Source: Heterodontus francisci (Eukaryota). Taken from it: a DNA stretch of 64,000 bases. A program made the position numbers and the translations under genes. A model generated the notes under the pieces. It ran no database searches. It had not been told where the DNA came from and saw nothing but the letters and a program-made list of their open reading frames with translations. Position 1 is the stretch's first letter, and each line of letters starts with the position of its first letter. Shown piece by piece: positions 1-10,864 of this stretch. The stretch lies in the NCBI RefSeq assembly GCF_036365525.1, contig NC_090404.1, positions 7,874,001 through 7,938,000 on the forward strand. Direction: 5' to 3'.

Positions 1-84
1 GAGGTGATATTGAGAGCGATTATAAACTGACGGTGAACATTCATTCTGATAGTCTGTCAAACGGCGGGTTTTGCAGTCACTTAC

Positions 85-426
85 CGGCTGTGATCGTCAC
101 CACCGTCCCGGATCCATCCACGTATCTAGTATCCACCCCAGTGCCGTCGTACTCAGCTTTACAGTAATAGGTGGCGCTGTCTTCAACTCTCACATCTCCA
201 ATTTTCAGGGAAAATGTCTTTTCTGCCTTATTCACCGACACAACAAATCGCCCTCCACCGGAGATCCGCTCCCGCTCCGTCCCGGTCTGGGTTTGTCTGA
301 AGAAATGTCCATTTTTGAAATAATGGCATGAATTACCAGAGTCAAAAACACAGGTGATGGTGAGAGACTGACACTCCTTCCTGGTCACCGCTGCCGGGGT
401 CTGTCTCACTGACTGACTTAAAGAGT
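85..426 (-). CDS. Germline-joined, leaderless NAR-TCR V-D-J exon, copy A (intact)
   Basis: A 342-nt exon between acceptor ttccag| (AG at 428-427) and donor G|gtaagt (84), phase 1 at both ends. Open frame: SLSQSVRQTPAAVTRKECQSLTITCVFDSGNSCHYFKNGHFFRQ...ATYYCKAEYDGTGVDTRYVDGSGTVVTITA. V runs into J with no RSS between them. Upstream homology to the leader intron stops after about 60 nt and no leader exon follows. Confidence 0.92.
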
Positions 427-1209
427 CTGGAAATTAACCAGAGAGAGTTTAATGGGCCATCGGAGCCGAAAAACACAACGGGTTAAAACCCCTGATTTAG
501 CCTGAGTCTCCCGGGCCCTATTACCGTTATTAAACCATTTGTTCCTTCCTGCTTCAAACAGCTGGATTTTATCCTGATCGGTACTCTGCTCTAGAGCTTT
601 GATTTATCTTTTCAAATTTACTAAATTAGCATTGGGATTATATTGTATCCTCTATTTAACAGTCGGAATCGGATAGGCTGCTGCAGGTATCAAAGGGACA
701 GCTTAGTGTTGGTTTCATTCGTCCGGAACTTCATTCACACTACCTGGCCGGGAATGGATTATTCTGCCTAAGACAGAGAGAGAGCTGTCACCCTCTTCCG
801 GGCTCTCAGGGACAGACAGAGCTTCCTCAGTCACAGTGAACAACGGGAGCGGCGGCCGGTGTCTCGACAATCTGCGCTCATTTCAACTAACTTTGGATCA
901 GAGTGAGAAGGAATCAGGGATGCTTTGGGGATTCTCCCTGGTCCACGTTATACTGCTGATGTTCCAGATGCAGTCAGAGCCCCGCAGACTGCCTTCACTG
1001 GGGGATCTCACCTCATCTCTCCGAACTAAAACCTGGACCAAACTTCCGGTTCACAGCTTACTCCGAATCACAAACTGCAATGAAAAAGTTCCATCAGGGA
1101 ACTGCTGTTTTATTTTTAAGGGATTGAGGTGACACTGATCGCGATTATAAACTGAAGGTGAACATTCACTCTGATAGTCTGTAACACGGCGGGTTTTGCA
1201 GTCACTTAC

Positions 1210-1551
1210 CGGCTGTGATCGTCACCACCGTCCCGGATCCATCCACGTATCTAGTATCCACCCCAGTGCCGTCGTACTCAGCTTTACAGTAATAGGTGGC
1301 GCTGTCTTCAACTCTCACATCTCCAATTTTCAGGGAAAATGTCTTTTCTGCCTTATTCACCGACACAACAAATCACCCCCCGTCGGAGATCCGCTCCCAC
1401 TCCGTCCCGGTCTGGGTTTGTCTGAAGAAATGTCCATTTTTGAAATAATGGCATGAATTACCGGAGGAAAAAACACAGGTGATGGTGAGAGACTGGCACT
1501 CCATCCTGGTCACCGCTGCCGGGATCTGGTTCACTGACTGACTTAAAGAGT
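1210..1551 (-). pseudogene. Germline-joined, leaderless NAR-TCR V-D-J exon, copy B (premature stop)
   Basis: Same 342-nt structure, splice sites and CDR3 as copy A, with several framework substitutions. The CGA of GGGRF is TGA here (plus-strand tca at 1373-1375). Confidence 0.9.
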
Positions 1552-2321
1552 CTGGAAATTAATCAGAGAGAGTTTAATGGGCCATCAGCGCCGAAAAACA
1601 CAACTGGTTAATACCCCTGATTTAGCCTGAGTCTCCCAGGCCCGACCGTTATTAAACCATCTGTCCCTTCCGGACTCAATCTTATCCGGATCGGTACTCT
1701 ACTCTACAGCTTTGATTTATCTTTACAAATTTACTAAATTAGCATTGGGATTATATTTTATCCCCTATTTAACTGTTGGTATCGGATAGGCCGCTAAAGG
1801 TATTAAAGGGACCGCTTTAATGTTGGGTTCATTCTCCTGATACCTCATTCAAACTGCCCGACCCGGAATGAAATATTCTGCCTAAGGGGGAGCGCTGTCA
1901 CGCTCTCGCGTGCTCACAGGGACAGACAGAGCTTCCTCAGTCACAGTGAACATCGGGAGTGGAGGCCGGTGTCTCGACAATCTGCGCTCATTGAAACCAC
2001 TGTGGATCAGAGTGAGAAAGAGCCTGGGATGTTTTGGGGATGCTCCAAGGTCCACATTAAACCGCTGATGGTCCAGATGGGGTCACCACCCAGCAGACTG
2101 CCTTCTGTGTGGGGATCTCACCTCATCTCTCCAGACTCAAACCTGGACCTTACTCCCGGTTGATAGTTTACTCCGAATGTAAAACTGCAATGAAAAATTT
2201 CCATCAGGGAACTGCTCTGTTTCATTTTTACGGGATTGAGGTGACATTGATCGCGATTATAAACTGACGGTGAACGTTCACTCTGACAGTCTGTAGCACG
2301 GCGGGTTTTGCAGTCACTTAC

Positions 2322-2376
2322 CGGCTGTGATAGTCACCACCGTCCCGGATCCATCCACGTATCTAGTCTCAGTAAA
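2322..2376 (-). CDS. NAR-TCR J segment (cassette 1)
   Basis: FTETRYVDGSGTVVTITA then G|gtaagt. RSS: heptamer cacagtg 2377-2383, 23-nt spacer, nonamer acaagaact 2407-2415. Confidence 0.93.
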
Positions 2377-2763
2377 CACAGTGATACCGTTCTCAGTCAT
2401 GCCGGTACAAGAACTACCGACACCTCAACCTGCTGGTCGTACATCACCAGACAGTCGGCGCTGCCCAGTTATTCCAGGGATTGTAGATCAATAAATAATA
2501 TTCCATGTTTTACATTCCCTGTCGGTTCAAACTGTTCCTTGTGAGACTCTGAGCTCTTCATAACATAGCCCAGGAACACGGGCCGGAGGTGGACCCTTCA
2601 TAGAACGGGAGAAAAATGTCAAAGACAATAGAAAGGATGAAATTACAATAACCTTAAACCACCTTGCAGTGATAATAACATCAAACCTACAATTCAGGAT
2701 TCGTTCCCTTGGAGTTTATATTTTAACTGTATGGAGGTATTTGTTCAGGTCTCATCCACTGTG

Positions 2764-2779
2764 ACGTTCCATAAGTAAT
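2764..2779 (-). CDS. NAR-TCR D segment (cassette 1), ATTACTTATGGAACGT, with 12/12 RSS
   Basis: Plus strand: ggtatttgt (2736-2744), 12 nt, cactgtg (2757-2763), D, cacagtg (2780-2786), 12 nt, acaaaatcc (2799-2807). Confidence 0.9.
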
Positions 2780-3159
2780 CACAGTGTTTCAAGTCAACAC
2801 AAAATCCCCCGGTACTTGGTGAGATGTGGGGATATTATTTAAACGCCGAGAACTGCGATTTCCGGATCCAGCTGTTAGATCAGGATCCCATCTGGTGTCA
2901 GGGGCTTCTCAATGGGATCAGTCATTCCCAATCTCCATTCACTGACACCAATCCCGGGAAAGACATCAACATTCGCACATTCCCGGCATTTATAAAACTC
3001 AAGATGTTAACGGCAATAATCCAATCTCATTATAAACTAGACTGTGGAGCAGACGGTGCGAGGCGGAACTGCGTGGATTAACTGTGCTTTTTCATTTGTT
3101 TCTGTGATAATCTGCAGTCAGAGATTTTGTACCGCGGGAAGCCGAGGCCCATCACTGTG

Positions 3160-3644
3160 TGTCCTTGTAATATCTGTACTCAGCTTTACAGTAATAGGTG
3201 GTCGTGTCTCCAACTCTCACATCTGGAATTTTCAGAGAAAATGTCTTTTTCGCCTTATTCACCGACACAACAAATCGCCCTCCACTGGAGATCCGCTCCC
3301 ACTGCGTCCCGGTCTGAGTTTGTCTGAAAAAATGCCCATTTAGGAAATCATAACGCCAAAAACCACCAGAGTAAACACAGTTGATGGTGAGAGACTGACA
3401 CTCCTTCCTGGTCACCGCTGTCGGGTTCTGTGTCACTGACTGACTGAAAGAGCCTGGAAATTAAACAGAGAGAGTTTAATGGGCCATCAGGGCCGAACCA
3501 CACAACGAGGCTAAAACCCGAGACAGTGTCTGGAATTCGGATGGACTCGGGCAGCTTCATATTAAATCCACACAATGTCGGTTTGTTTGATCGGTACTCA
3601 CGGGGTAAACAGACACACAGGGTGAAAACAAGGAGGATTCCCAT
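3160..3644 (-). CDS. NAR-TCR V segment with leader (cassette 1): leader 3602-3644, V exon 3160-3453
   Basis: Leader MGILLVFTLCVCLP then C|gtgagt. V: QSVTQNPTAVTRKECQSLTINC...FFRQ...TYYCKAEYRYYKD, with IgNAR-like short CDR2 region and FR1 Cys (KECQ). RSS heptamer 3153-3159, 22-nt spacer, nonamer 3122-3130. Confidence 0.93.
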
Positions 3645-4900
3645 CGTTCTGCTGCCTGGAGCTGATGGTTTATATGACGGGGAGCTGGAGACTGCAGTCC
3701 TGGACTGCTCTGGGAGACTGGACCTCAGAGCTGGACTGAAATACTTCAGTGGGGGGGGGATTTGCAGAGGACCGTGTCCCGGAGATCATTGATGGGCCGC
3801 ACGGTTCCCTGGTCTTTGACTGTGTGTTGTGTGAATAAGCGACAGGTTTAAAGAGGGAACCTACAATTTTCTGTCGCTTCATTGGGTCTGCGAGCCCGAT
3901 GTGAAATCCCCTCCCACATTAGTCTGATGTACAGGGGGTGGGGCTGGGGGAGTTGTTCTTTCAGTAAAGGCTGCCGCCCTCCTTTCCCCCACAGTAATGA
4001 GCTGCATGTGTTTTTATTGGGTGGTGTTTGTTGAGGTTGGAATGTGGGCCCAGGACAGCGGGAAAATTCCCTTTCCCGCTCTTATTCCAATAGTGCCGCG
4101 ATTCTTTAATGTCTTCACAAACGGCTGGTAGGGCCTCGGTTAAAAGTCTCATCTGACGGACAGTGCCTCAAATCCGGCAGCTTCCCTCAATCCAGCAACT
4201 GAGGATCAGGTTACAATATGAGACAGTCCAGTGACATTGTCAATATCCAGGCAGATATACACAATGTACACAAAAAATATACTCTCCCTGTCATTTAAAC
4301 ATATGTTTCCTGTACCCTCCCCTTCTGCGGTTTGTGTTCAAAATGTCTCAATCCAGTAATGATTAATTTCCTGGTCTGTAATATTCAGGGTTACCAGTTG
4401 CAGTGACAGAGAATGAAGCGACACTCGGAAAGACATTGGGGGAACTCTGTGCTTGATGCTTGTGAAGGCAGCTTGCGTAATCTGTATATTATGTACAAAC
4501 TGAGTCCGACCAGGCAACACAGTCTGATCAAATAAACCCTGCGAGCAGGCCACGGTCAAAGCCTCCGGGAAACTGACAGAGGAGATGTGGAAAGAACTAC
4601 TCAATATTGCAGGCAGGCACGGAAGAGACAGCAAAAGAGAAAAGGGGACTTCAGGTTCACGGCACGTAACCCAAACATGGCCGACCGTCCGTCACACGAA
4701 GACGGTCGATGCTTGAAATGACCTCGCAGCACCGCCGGATGGGCGGTCGCGGGGTCCTAATGTCCATGTAGAGAATATCTTGTCTGCGTGATCAGAAACA
4801 ACTTTAAAGAGCACACACAAACTGTTAGCTTAAAACATAATTTTTGCACAAGTATTTATCCAATTCCGATTTGCTTTCGAATGTTACTATTGAATCTGCT
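3645..4900 (-). promoter_or_regulatory. Conserved NAR-TCR V upstream/promoter region
   Basis: Homologous to about 47900-49097 (plus) and 61578-62250 (minus). TATAAA lies about 25 nt upstream of the ATG in all three cassettes. Confidence 0.6.
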
Positions 4901-5189
4901 TCTACAGACCTGTCAGCCATTGCATTCCCGATCATAAACCAGTTGTTGGCTCAGATGGTGTGCTTCAATGCTGCAACAAGTACTTGTATTTGGAAAGCGT
5001 TGTTTACGTAATGAAGCGTCCCCGCAGCAGCAGGTAACGACAGTGATCTGATTGAAATATGAATCCTGCAGATGCGGATGTTGTTGAGAACATAATTCAC
5101 CGTCTGCACTGTCAGAACAAGGAACATCATTATCAATATTACTATTACTCAGAATACTGCACAGCTCAATTTTAAGAGACAACAAATCC

Positions 5190-8100
5190 TTAGAAATAAT
5201 GTCCCAGACACTGCCATCACCATTCTATGTCCTGTCCCACCGGCAGGACAGACCCAACAGATGTGGCGGCACAGTGGTATACAGCAGGGAGGGAGTTGCT
5301 CTGGGAGTCCTCAACATCGACTCTGGACCCCATGAAGTCTCAAGGCATCAGATCAAACATGGACAAGGAAACCTCCTGCTGATTACCACCTACCACCCTC
5401 CCTCAGCTGATGAGTCAGTACTTCTCCATGTTGAACACGACTTGGAGGAAGCACTGAGGATGGCGAAGGCATAGAATGTACCCTGGGTGCGGGATTTCAA
5501 TGTCCATCCCCAACAGGGGCTCGGTAGCACCACTACTGACCGAGCTGGCCGAGTCCTAAAGTACATAGCTGCTAGACTGGGTATGCGGCAGCTGGTGAGG
5601 GAACCAACAAGAGGGGAAAACATACTTGACCTCGTCCTCACCAATCTGCCTGCTGCAGATGCATATGTCCATGACAGTATTGGTAGGAGTGATCACCGCA
5701 CTTGTGGAGACGACGTCCCGCCTTCACATTCAGTATACCCTCCATCGTGTTGTGTGGCACTTCCTCTGGGCCTCCTTATCTCGAGAGACAATGGATACGC
5801 GCCTGGAGGTGGTCAGTGGTTTGTGAAGCAGCGCCTGGAGTGGCTATAAAGGCCAATTCTAGAGTGACAGGCTCTTCCACAGATGCTGCAGAGAAATTTG
5901 TTTGTCGGGGCTGTTGCACAGTTGGCTCTCCCCGTGCGCCTCTGTCTTTTTTCCTGCCAACTAGTACGTCTCTTCGACTCGCCACATTTTAGCCCTGTCT
6001 TTATGGCTGCCCGCCAGCTCTGGCGATCTCTGGCAACTGACTCCCACGACTTGTGATCAATGTCACACGATTTCATGTCGCGTTTGCAGACGTCTTTAAA
6101 GCGGAGACGTGGACGGCCGATGGGTCTGATACCAGTGGCGAGCTCGCTGCACAATGTGTCTTTGGGGATCCTGCCATCTTCCATTCGGCTCACATGGCCA
6201 AGCCATCTCAAGTGCCGCTGACTCAGTAGTGTGTACAAGCTGGGGATGTTGGCCGCCTCGTGGACTTCTGTGTTGGAGATACGGTCCTGCCACCTGATGC
6301 CAAGTATTCTCCGGAGGCAGCGAAGATGGAAGGAATTGAGACGTCGCTCTTGGCTGCCATACGTTGTCCAGGCCTCGCTGTCATAGAGCAAGGTACTGAG
6401 GACATAGGCCTGATACACTCGGACTTTTGTGTTCCGTGTCAGTGCGCCATTTTCCCACACTCTCTTGGCCAGTCTGGACATAGCAGTGGAAGCCTTACCC
6501 ATGCGCTTCTTGATTTCTGCATCTGGAGACAGGTTACTGGTGATAGTTGAGCCTAGGTAGGTGAACTCTTGAACCACTTCCAGAGCGTGGTCGCCAATAT
6601 TGATGGATGGAGCATTTCTGACGCACTACCGCCGTGCTAAATGGGATAGATTTCGAACAGATCTAGCAATACAAAACAGGGCATCCATGAGGCGCTGTGG
6701 GCCATCAGCAGCAGCAGAATTGTACTCAATCACAATCTGCAACCTCATGGCCCGGCATATCCCCCATTCTGCCATTACCATCAAGCCAGGAGACCAACCC
6801 TGGTTCAATGAAGAGTGCAGGACGGCATGCCAGGAGCAGCACCAGGCATACCTCAAAATGAGGTGTCAACCTGGTGAAGCTACAACACAAGACTATCTGC
6901 GTGCCAAACTGCATAAGTAGCATGCGATAGACGGAGCTAAGCGATCCCATGACCAATGGATCAGATCCAAGCTCTGCAGTCCTGCCACATCCAGCCGTGA
7001 ATGGTGGTGGACAATTAAACAACTAACTGGAGGAGGTGGCTCCAGAAATATCCCCATCCTCAATGATGGGGGCGCCCAGCACACCAGTGCGAAAGATAAC
7101 GCTGAAGCATTTGCAGCAATCTTCAGCGAGAAGTGCCGAGTTGATGATCCATCTCGGCCTCCTCCTGAAGTCCCCAACATCACAGATGCCAGACTTCAGC
7201 CAATTCGATTCACTCCGCATGATATCAAGAAATGACTGAAGGCACTGGATACTGCAAAGGTTATGCGCCCTGGCAATATTCCGGCAATAGTACTGAAGAC
7301 CTGTGCTCCAGAACTTGCTGCACCCCTAGCCAAGCTGTTGCAGTACAGCTACAACATTGGCATCTACCCGGCAATGTGGAAAATTGCCCAGGGATGTCCT
7401 GTACACAAAAAGCAGACAAGTCCAGCCTGGTCAATTACCGTCCCATCAGCCGACTCTCAATCATCAGTAAAGTGATGGAAGGTGTCATCAACAGTGCCAT
7501 CAAGCGGCACTTGCTTAACAATAGCCTGCTCAGTGACGCTCAGCTTGGGTTCCGCCAGGGCCACTCAGCTCCTGACCTCATTACAGCCTTGGTTCAAACA
7601 TGGACAAAAGAGCTGAACTCAAGAGGTGAGGTGAGAGTGACTGCCCTTGACATCAAGGCAGCATTGGACCGAATATGGCATCAAGGAGCCCTAGCAAAAC
7701 TGAGGTCAATGGGGAAAACCTTCCGCTGGCTGGAGTCATACCTAGCTCAAATGAAGATGGTTGTGGTTGTTGGAGGTCAATCATCTCAGCTCCAGGACAT
7801 CACTGCAGGAGTTCCTCAGGGTAGTGTCCTCGGCCCATCCATCTTCAGCTGCTTCATCACTGACCTTCATTCAATCATAAGGTCTGAAGTGGGTATGTTC
7901 ACTGATGATTGCACAATGTTAAGCACCATTCGTGACTCCTCAGATACTGAAGCAGTCCGTGTAAAAATGGAGCAAGACCTGGACAATATCCAGGCTTGGG
8001 CTGATAAGTGGCAAGTAACATTCACGCCACACAAGTGCCAGGCAATGACCATCTCCAACAAGACAGAACCTAACCATCTCCCCTTGATATTCAATGGCAT

Positions 8101-8780
8101 GATCATCGCGAATCCCCCACTATCAACATCCTAGGGGCTACCATTGACCAGAAACTGAACTGGCGGAGCCATATAAATACCGTGGTATAGGAGCAGGTCA
8201 GAGGCTAGGAATCCTGCGGCGAGTAACTCACCTCCTGACTGTCCAAAGCCTGTCCACCATCTACAAGGCCCAAGTCAAGAGTGTGATGAAACACTCTGCA
8301 CTAGCCTGGATGGGTGCAGCTCCAACAACACTCAAGAAACTCAACACCATCCAGGACAAAAGAGCCCGCTTGATTGGCACCCCATCAACAAACATTCACT
8401 CCCTCCACCACCGACGCATAGTGGCAGCAGTGTGTACCATCAACAAGATGCACTGCAGCAATGCCCCAAGGCTCCTTAGACAGCACCTTCCAAACCCGCG
8501 ACCTCTAGCAACTAGAAGGACAAGGGCAGCAACTGCATGGGAACAAGTTCCCCTCCAAGTCACACACCATCCTGAGTTGGAACTATAGCGCCATTCCTTC
8601 TTGTTGCTGGGTGAAAAGCCTGGAACTCCCTTCCTAACAGCACTGTGGGCGTACCTACCCCAAATTGACTGCAGCGGTTCAAGAAGGCAGATCACCACCA
8701 CCTTCTCAAGGGCAATTAGGGATGGGCAATAAATGCTGGCCTGGCCCGCGATGCCCACATCCCATGAATGTATAAAAAAA
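5190..8780 (+). mobile_element. Degenerate non-LTR retrotransposon (APE endonuclease + reverse transcriptase), interrupted by an RTE insertion
   Basis: ORF fragments with DFNVH and LDLVLTN (endonuclease), NYRPISRLS, PQGSVLGP and MFTDD (RT), broken by frameshifts. The 3' tail (aagggcaattagggatgggcaataaatgctggcc) recurs at about 11905-12045 and 12470-12620. Confidence 0.85.
5762..6622 (-). mobile_element. 5'-truncated RTE-clade LINE nested in the preceding LINE
   Basis: ORF 5813-6577 has FTYLGS, LRRILGIRWQDRISN, GRPRLRFKD and a C-terminal CxxC..H zinc finger. Flanked by gcact (5757-5761 and 6623-6627), a possible target-site duplication. The host reading resumes across it. Confidence 0.85.
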
Positions 8781-9975
8781 GTGCATCACCTCACTCTTCT
8801 CAGGATTAAATTCAATTTTCCACTGCTCCACCCATCTTAACAACCCATCTATATCATCCTATAATCTAAGGCTGTCCTTACTATATACGACACCACCAAT
8901 ATTCGTGTCATCTGCGAAGTTACTGATCATACCTCCTATATTCACGTCTCAATCATTAATGTCCACTCCAAACAGCAAGGGTCCCAGCACCGATCCCTGA
9001 GGTACACCACTGGTCACAGGCTGCTTCTAATCGCAAAAACAACTCACGAGCATCACCCTCTGCCTCCTGCCACGAAGGCAATTTTGGATCAAGTTTTCCA
9101 AATTGCCCTGGATCCCATGGGTTCTTAGTTTCTTAACCAATCTTCCATGCGGGACCTTATCAAGAGCCTTGCTGAAGTCCATGTAGACTACATCAACTGC
9201 GTTAGCCTCATCTACACATCTAGTCACCTCCTCGAAAAATTCAATCATGTTTGTTAGACAGGATTTCCCCCTGACAAAGTCATGCTGACTATCCTTGATT
9301 GATCCCTGCCTCTCCAAGTGGAGATTAATCCTGTCCTCCAGAATTTCTTCCAATAGTTTCCCTACCACTGATGTTAGACTCACTGGACTGTAATTACCTT
9401 GTTTATCCCTACTACCTTTCTAGAATAATGGTACCACATTAGCTGTCCTCCAGTCCTCTGGCACTTTTCCTGTGGGCAGAGAGGATTTGAAAATTTGTGT
9501 CAGAGCCCCTGCAAACTCCTCCCTTGCCTCACATAACAACCTGGGATACATCTCATCTGGGCCTGGGGTTTTATCCATCTTTAAGTCCCCTAAAACAGCT
9601 AGTACTTCATTTCAATGCTAATTTGTTCAAGCATATCGCAATCCCCCTCCCTGATTTCGACGCCTACATCGTCCTTCTCCATAGTGAACGCAGATGAAAA
9701 GTAATCATTTAAAACCTCACCTATGTCCTCCAGCTCCACACACAGATTGTCATTTTGAAACCTAATGGGTCCTACTCTTTCCCTGGTTATACTCTTGACA
9801 TTCATATATTTATAAAACGCCTTGGGATTTTCCTTTGTCTTGCCCACCAGTGTTTTCTCGTATCCCCTCTTCGCTCTCCTAATTACTTTTTTAAGTAACC
9901 CCCCCCCCCCCCCCCCACGCCGCCCGCCACACTTTCTATACTCCTCTTGGGCCTCTGCTGTTTTCTGCGCTATGA
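8781..9975 (-). mobile_element. CR1-type LINE fragment
   Basis: ORFs 9027-9383 (SLTSVVGKLLE...YMDFSKALDKVPH) and 9599-10057 (KENPKAFYKY). Confidence 0.85.
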
Positions 9976-10069
9976 ATCTGCCATGATCCTCAGTCTGACC
10001 TTTATCTATCTCCCTCTGTTGGTGTCTCTCTGTATCACACATTTTACTCAGTCTCACCTTTATCTCTGT

Positions 10070-10660
10070 TCCTCATTTGGCAGCTCTCTCAACGTGTACA
10101 GAGAGGCACAGGGCTGTTCTATAGAGGCCGATCTCACTCAGCTGCGCAGCTCCGTTGATTACATTTTTAACCATTGAGAGCAGACAGGCACTGAGCTGAT
10201 GCACCGTGCGTGGGAGAGGGTGGCTACACTCATCCTTCTGCACAGGAAAGTTGCTCAGGTATTCAATCAGAGATAGGATTAGCCCACTGAGGAAAATCTC
10301 GCTCACCTCCACATGCAAAAATCTCAGATCGCTAAATATTGAGACCAGGCAGGCACCGAGCTGATCCACCGTGTGGCGCCTCAAAGCGGCCTCGATCAAA
10401 AGTTTAAAGATTGAGACCAGGCATGCACTGAGCTGATGCATAGAAAGGGCAGCATTCACCCACCTGCACAGGTACGTTGCTCATATCATTAACCGTTGAG
10501 TATAGAGAGACAGTGAGCTGATCTATCGTGTGGAACCTCACTCATCTATATAGTTGCATTGTTAAGATTTTTAACCATTGAATACAGACAGGGTCTGGAT
10601 TGATGCACAGAATGGACCTTACTAACTTGCATAGGTACGTTGCTCAGATTTTAAGCATCG
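10070..10660. repeat. Degenerate tandem repeat (~70-85 nt unit)
   Basis: Recurring gagctgat(g/c)cac..gtg...ctcac...gttgctcagatttttaaccattgag motif. Confidence 0.55.
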
Positions 10661-10827
10661 ATGAGGTTGAATTATTGCTTCTGTTTGTCAGTGTGAGAGC
10701 GCCCCTGCTGAGCACTAACTGGAACTCTCAGTGTGGGTTTTTGTCTGGGATCGGCCATATTAGAAATGTAAGGGCTCAGCATGTCAGGCAGCATCAGTGG
10801 ATCTAATGTCAGCATCTAATATTTGTC

Positions 10828-10864
10828 AGTTCTGAAGAAGGGTCACTGACCTGAAACGTTAACT
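10828..10864 (+). ncRNA. Minimal hammerhead ribozyme motif in a Penelope terminal-repeat fragment
   Basis: AGTT-CTGAAGA-AGGGTCAcTGACCT-GAAA-CG-TT-AACT: core boxes, stem II hairpin and stem I agtt/aact. Confidence 0.6.

Larger units (their letters stand above)
1..2321. repeat. Tandem duplication of an ~1.12 kb unit (J-downstream intron + joined VDJ exon)
   Basis: Introns 427-1209 (783 nt) and 1552-2321 (770 nt) align over their whole length. J exon ends fall at 85, 1210 and 2322. The same intron sequence restarts at 1-84 and runs off the window edge. Confidence 0.9.

Noticed and set aside
85-1551. Joined VDJ exons as IgNAR genes or processed pseudogenes
   Set aside because: They match the NAR-TCR V and J in the same window, including the FR1 Cys and flanking introns. 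No IgNAR constant exons, poly(A) tract or fused leader were seen.
832-1948. cacagtg heptamers at 832-838 and 1942-1948 in the duplicated introns as possible RSS
   Set aside because: No nonamer-like sequence at 12 or 23 nt spacing.
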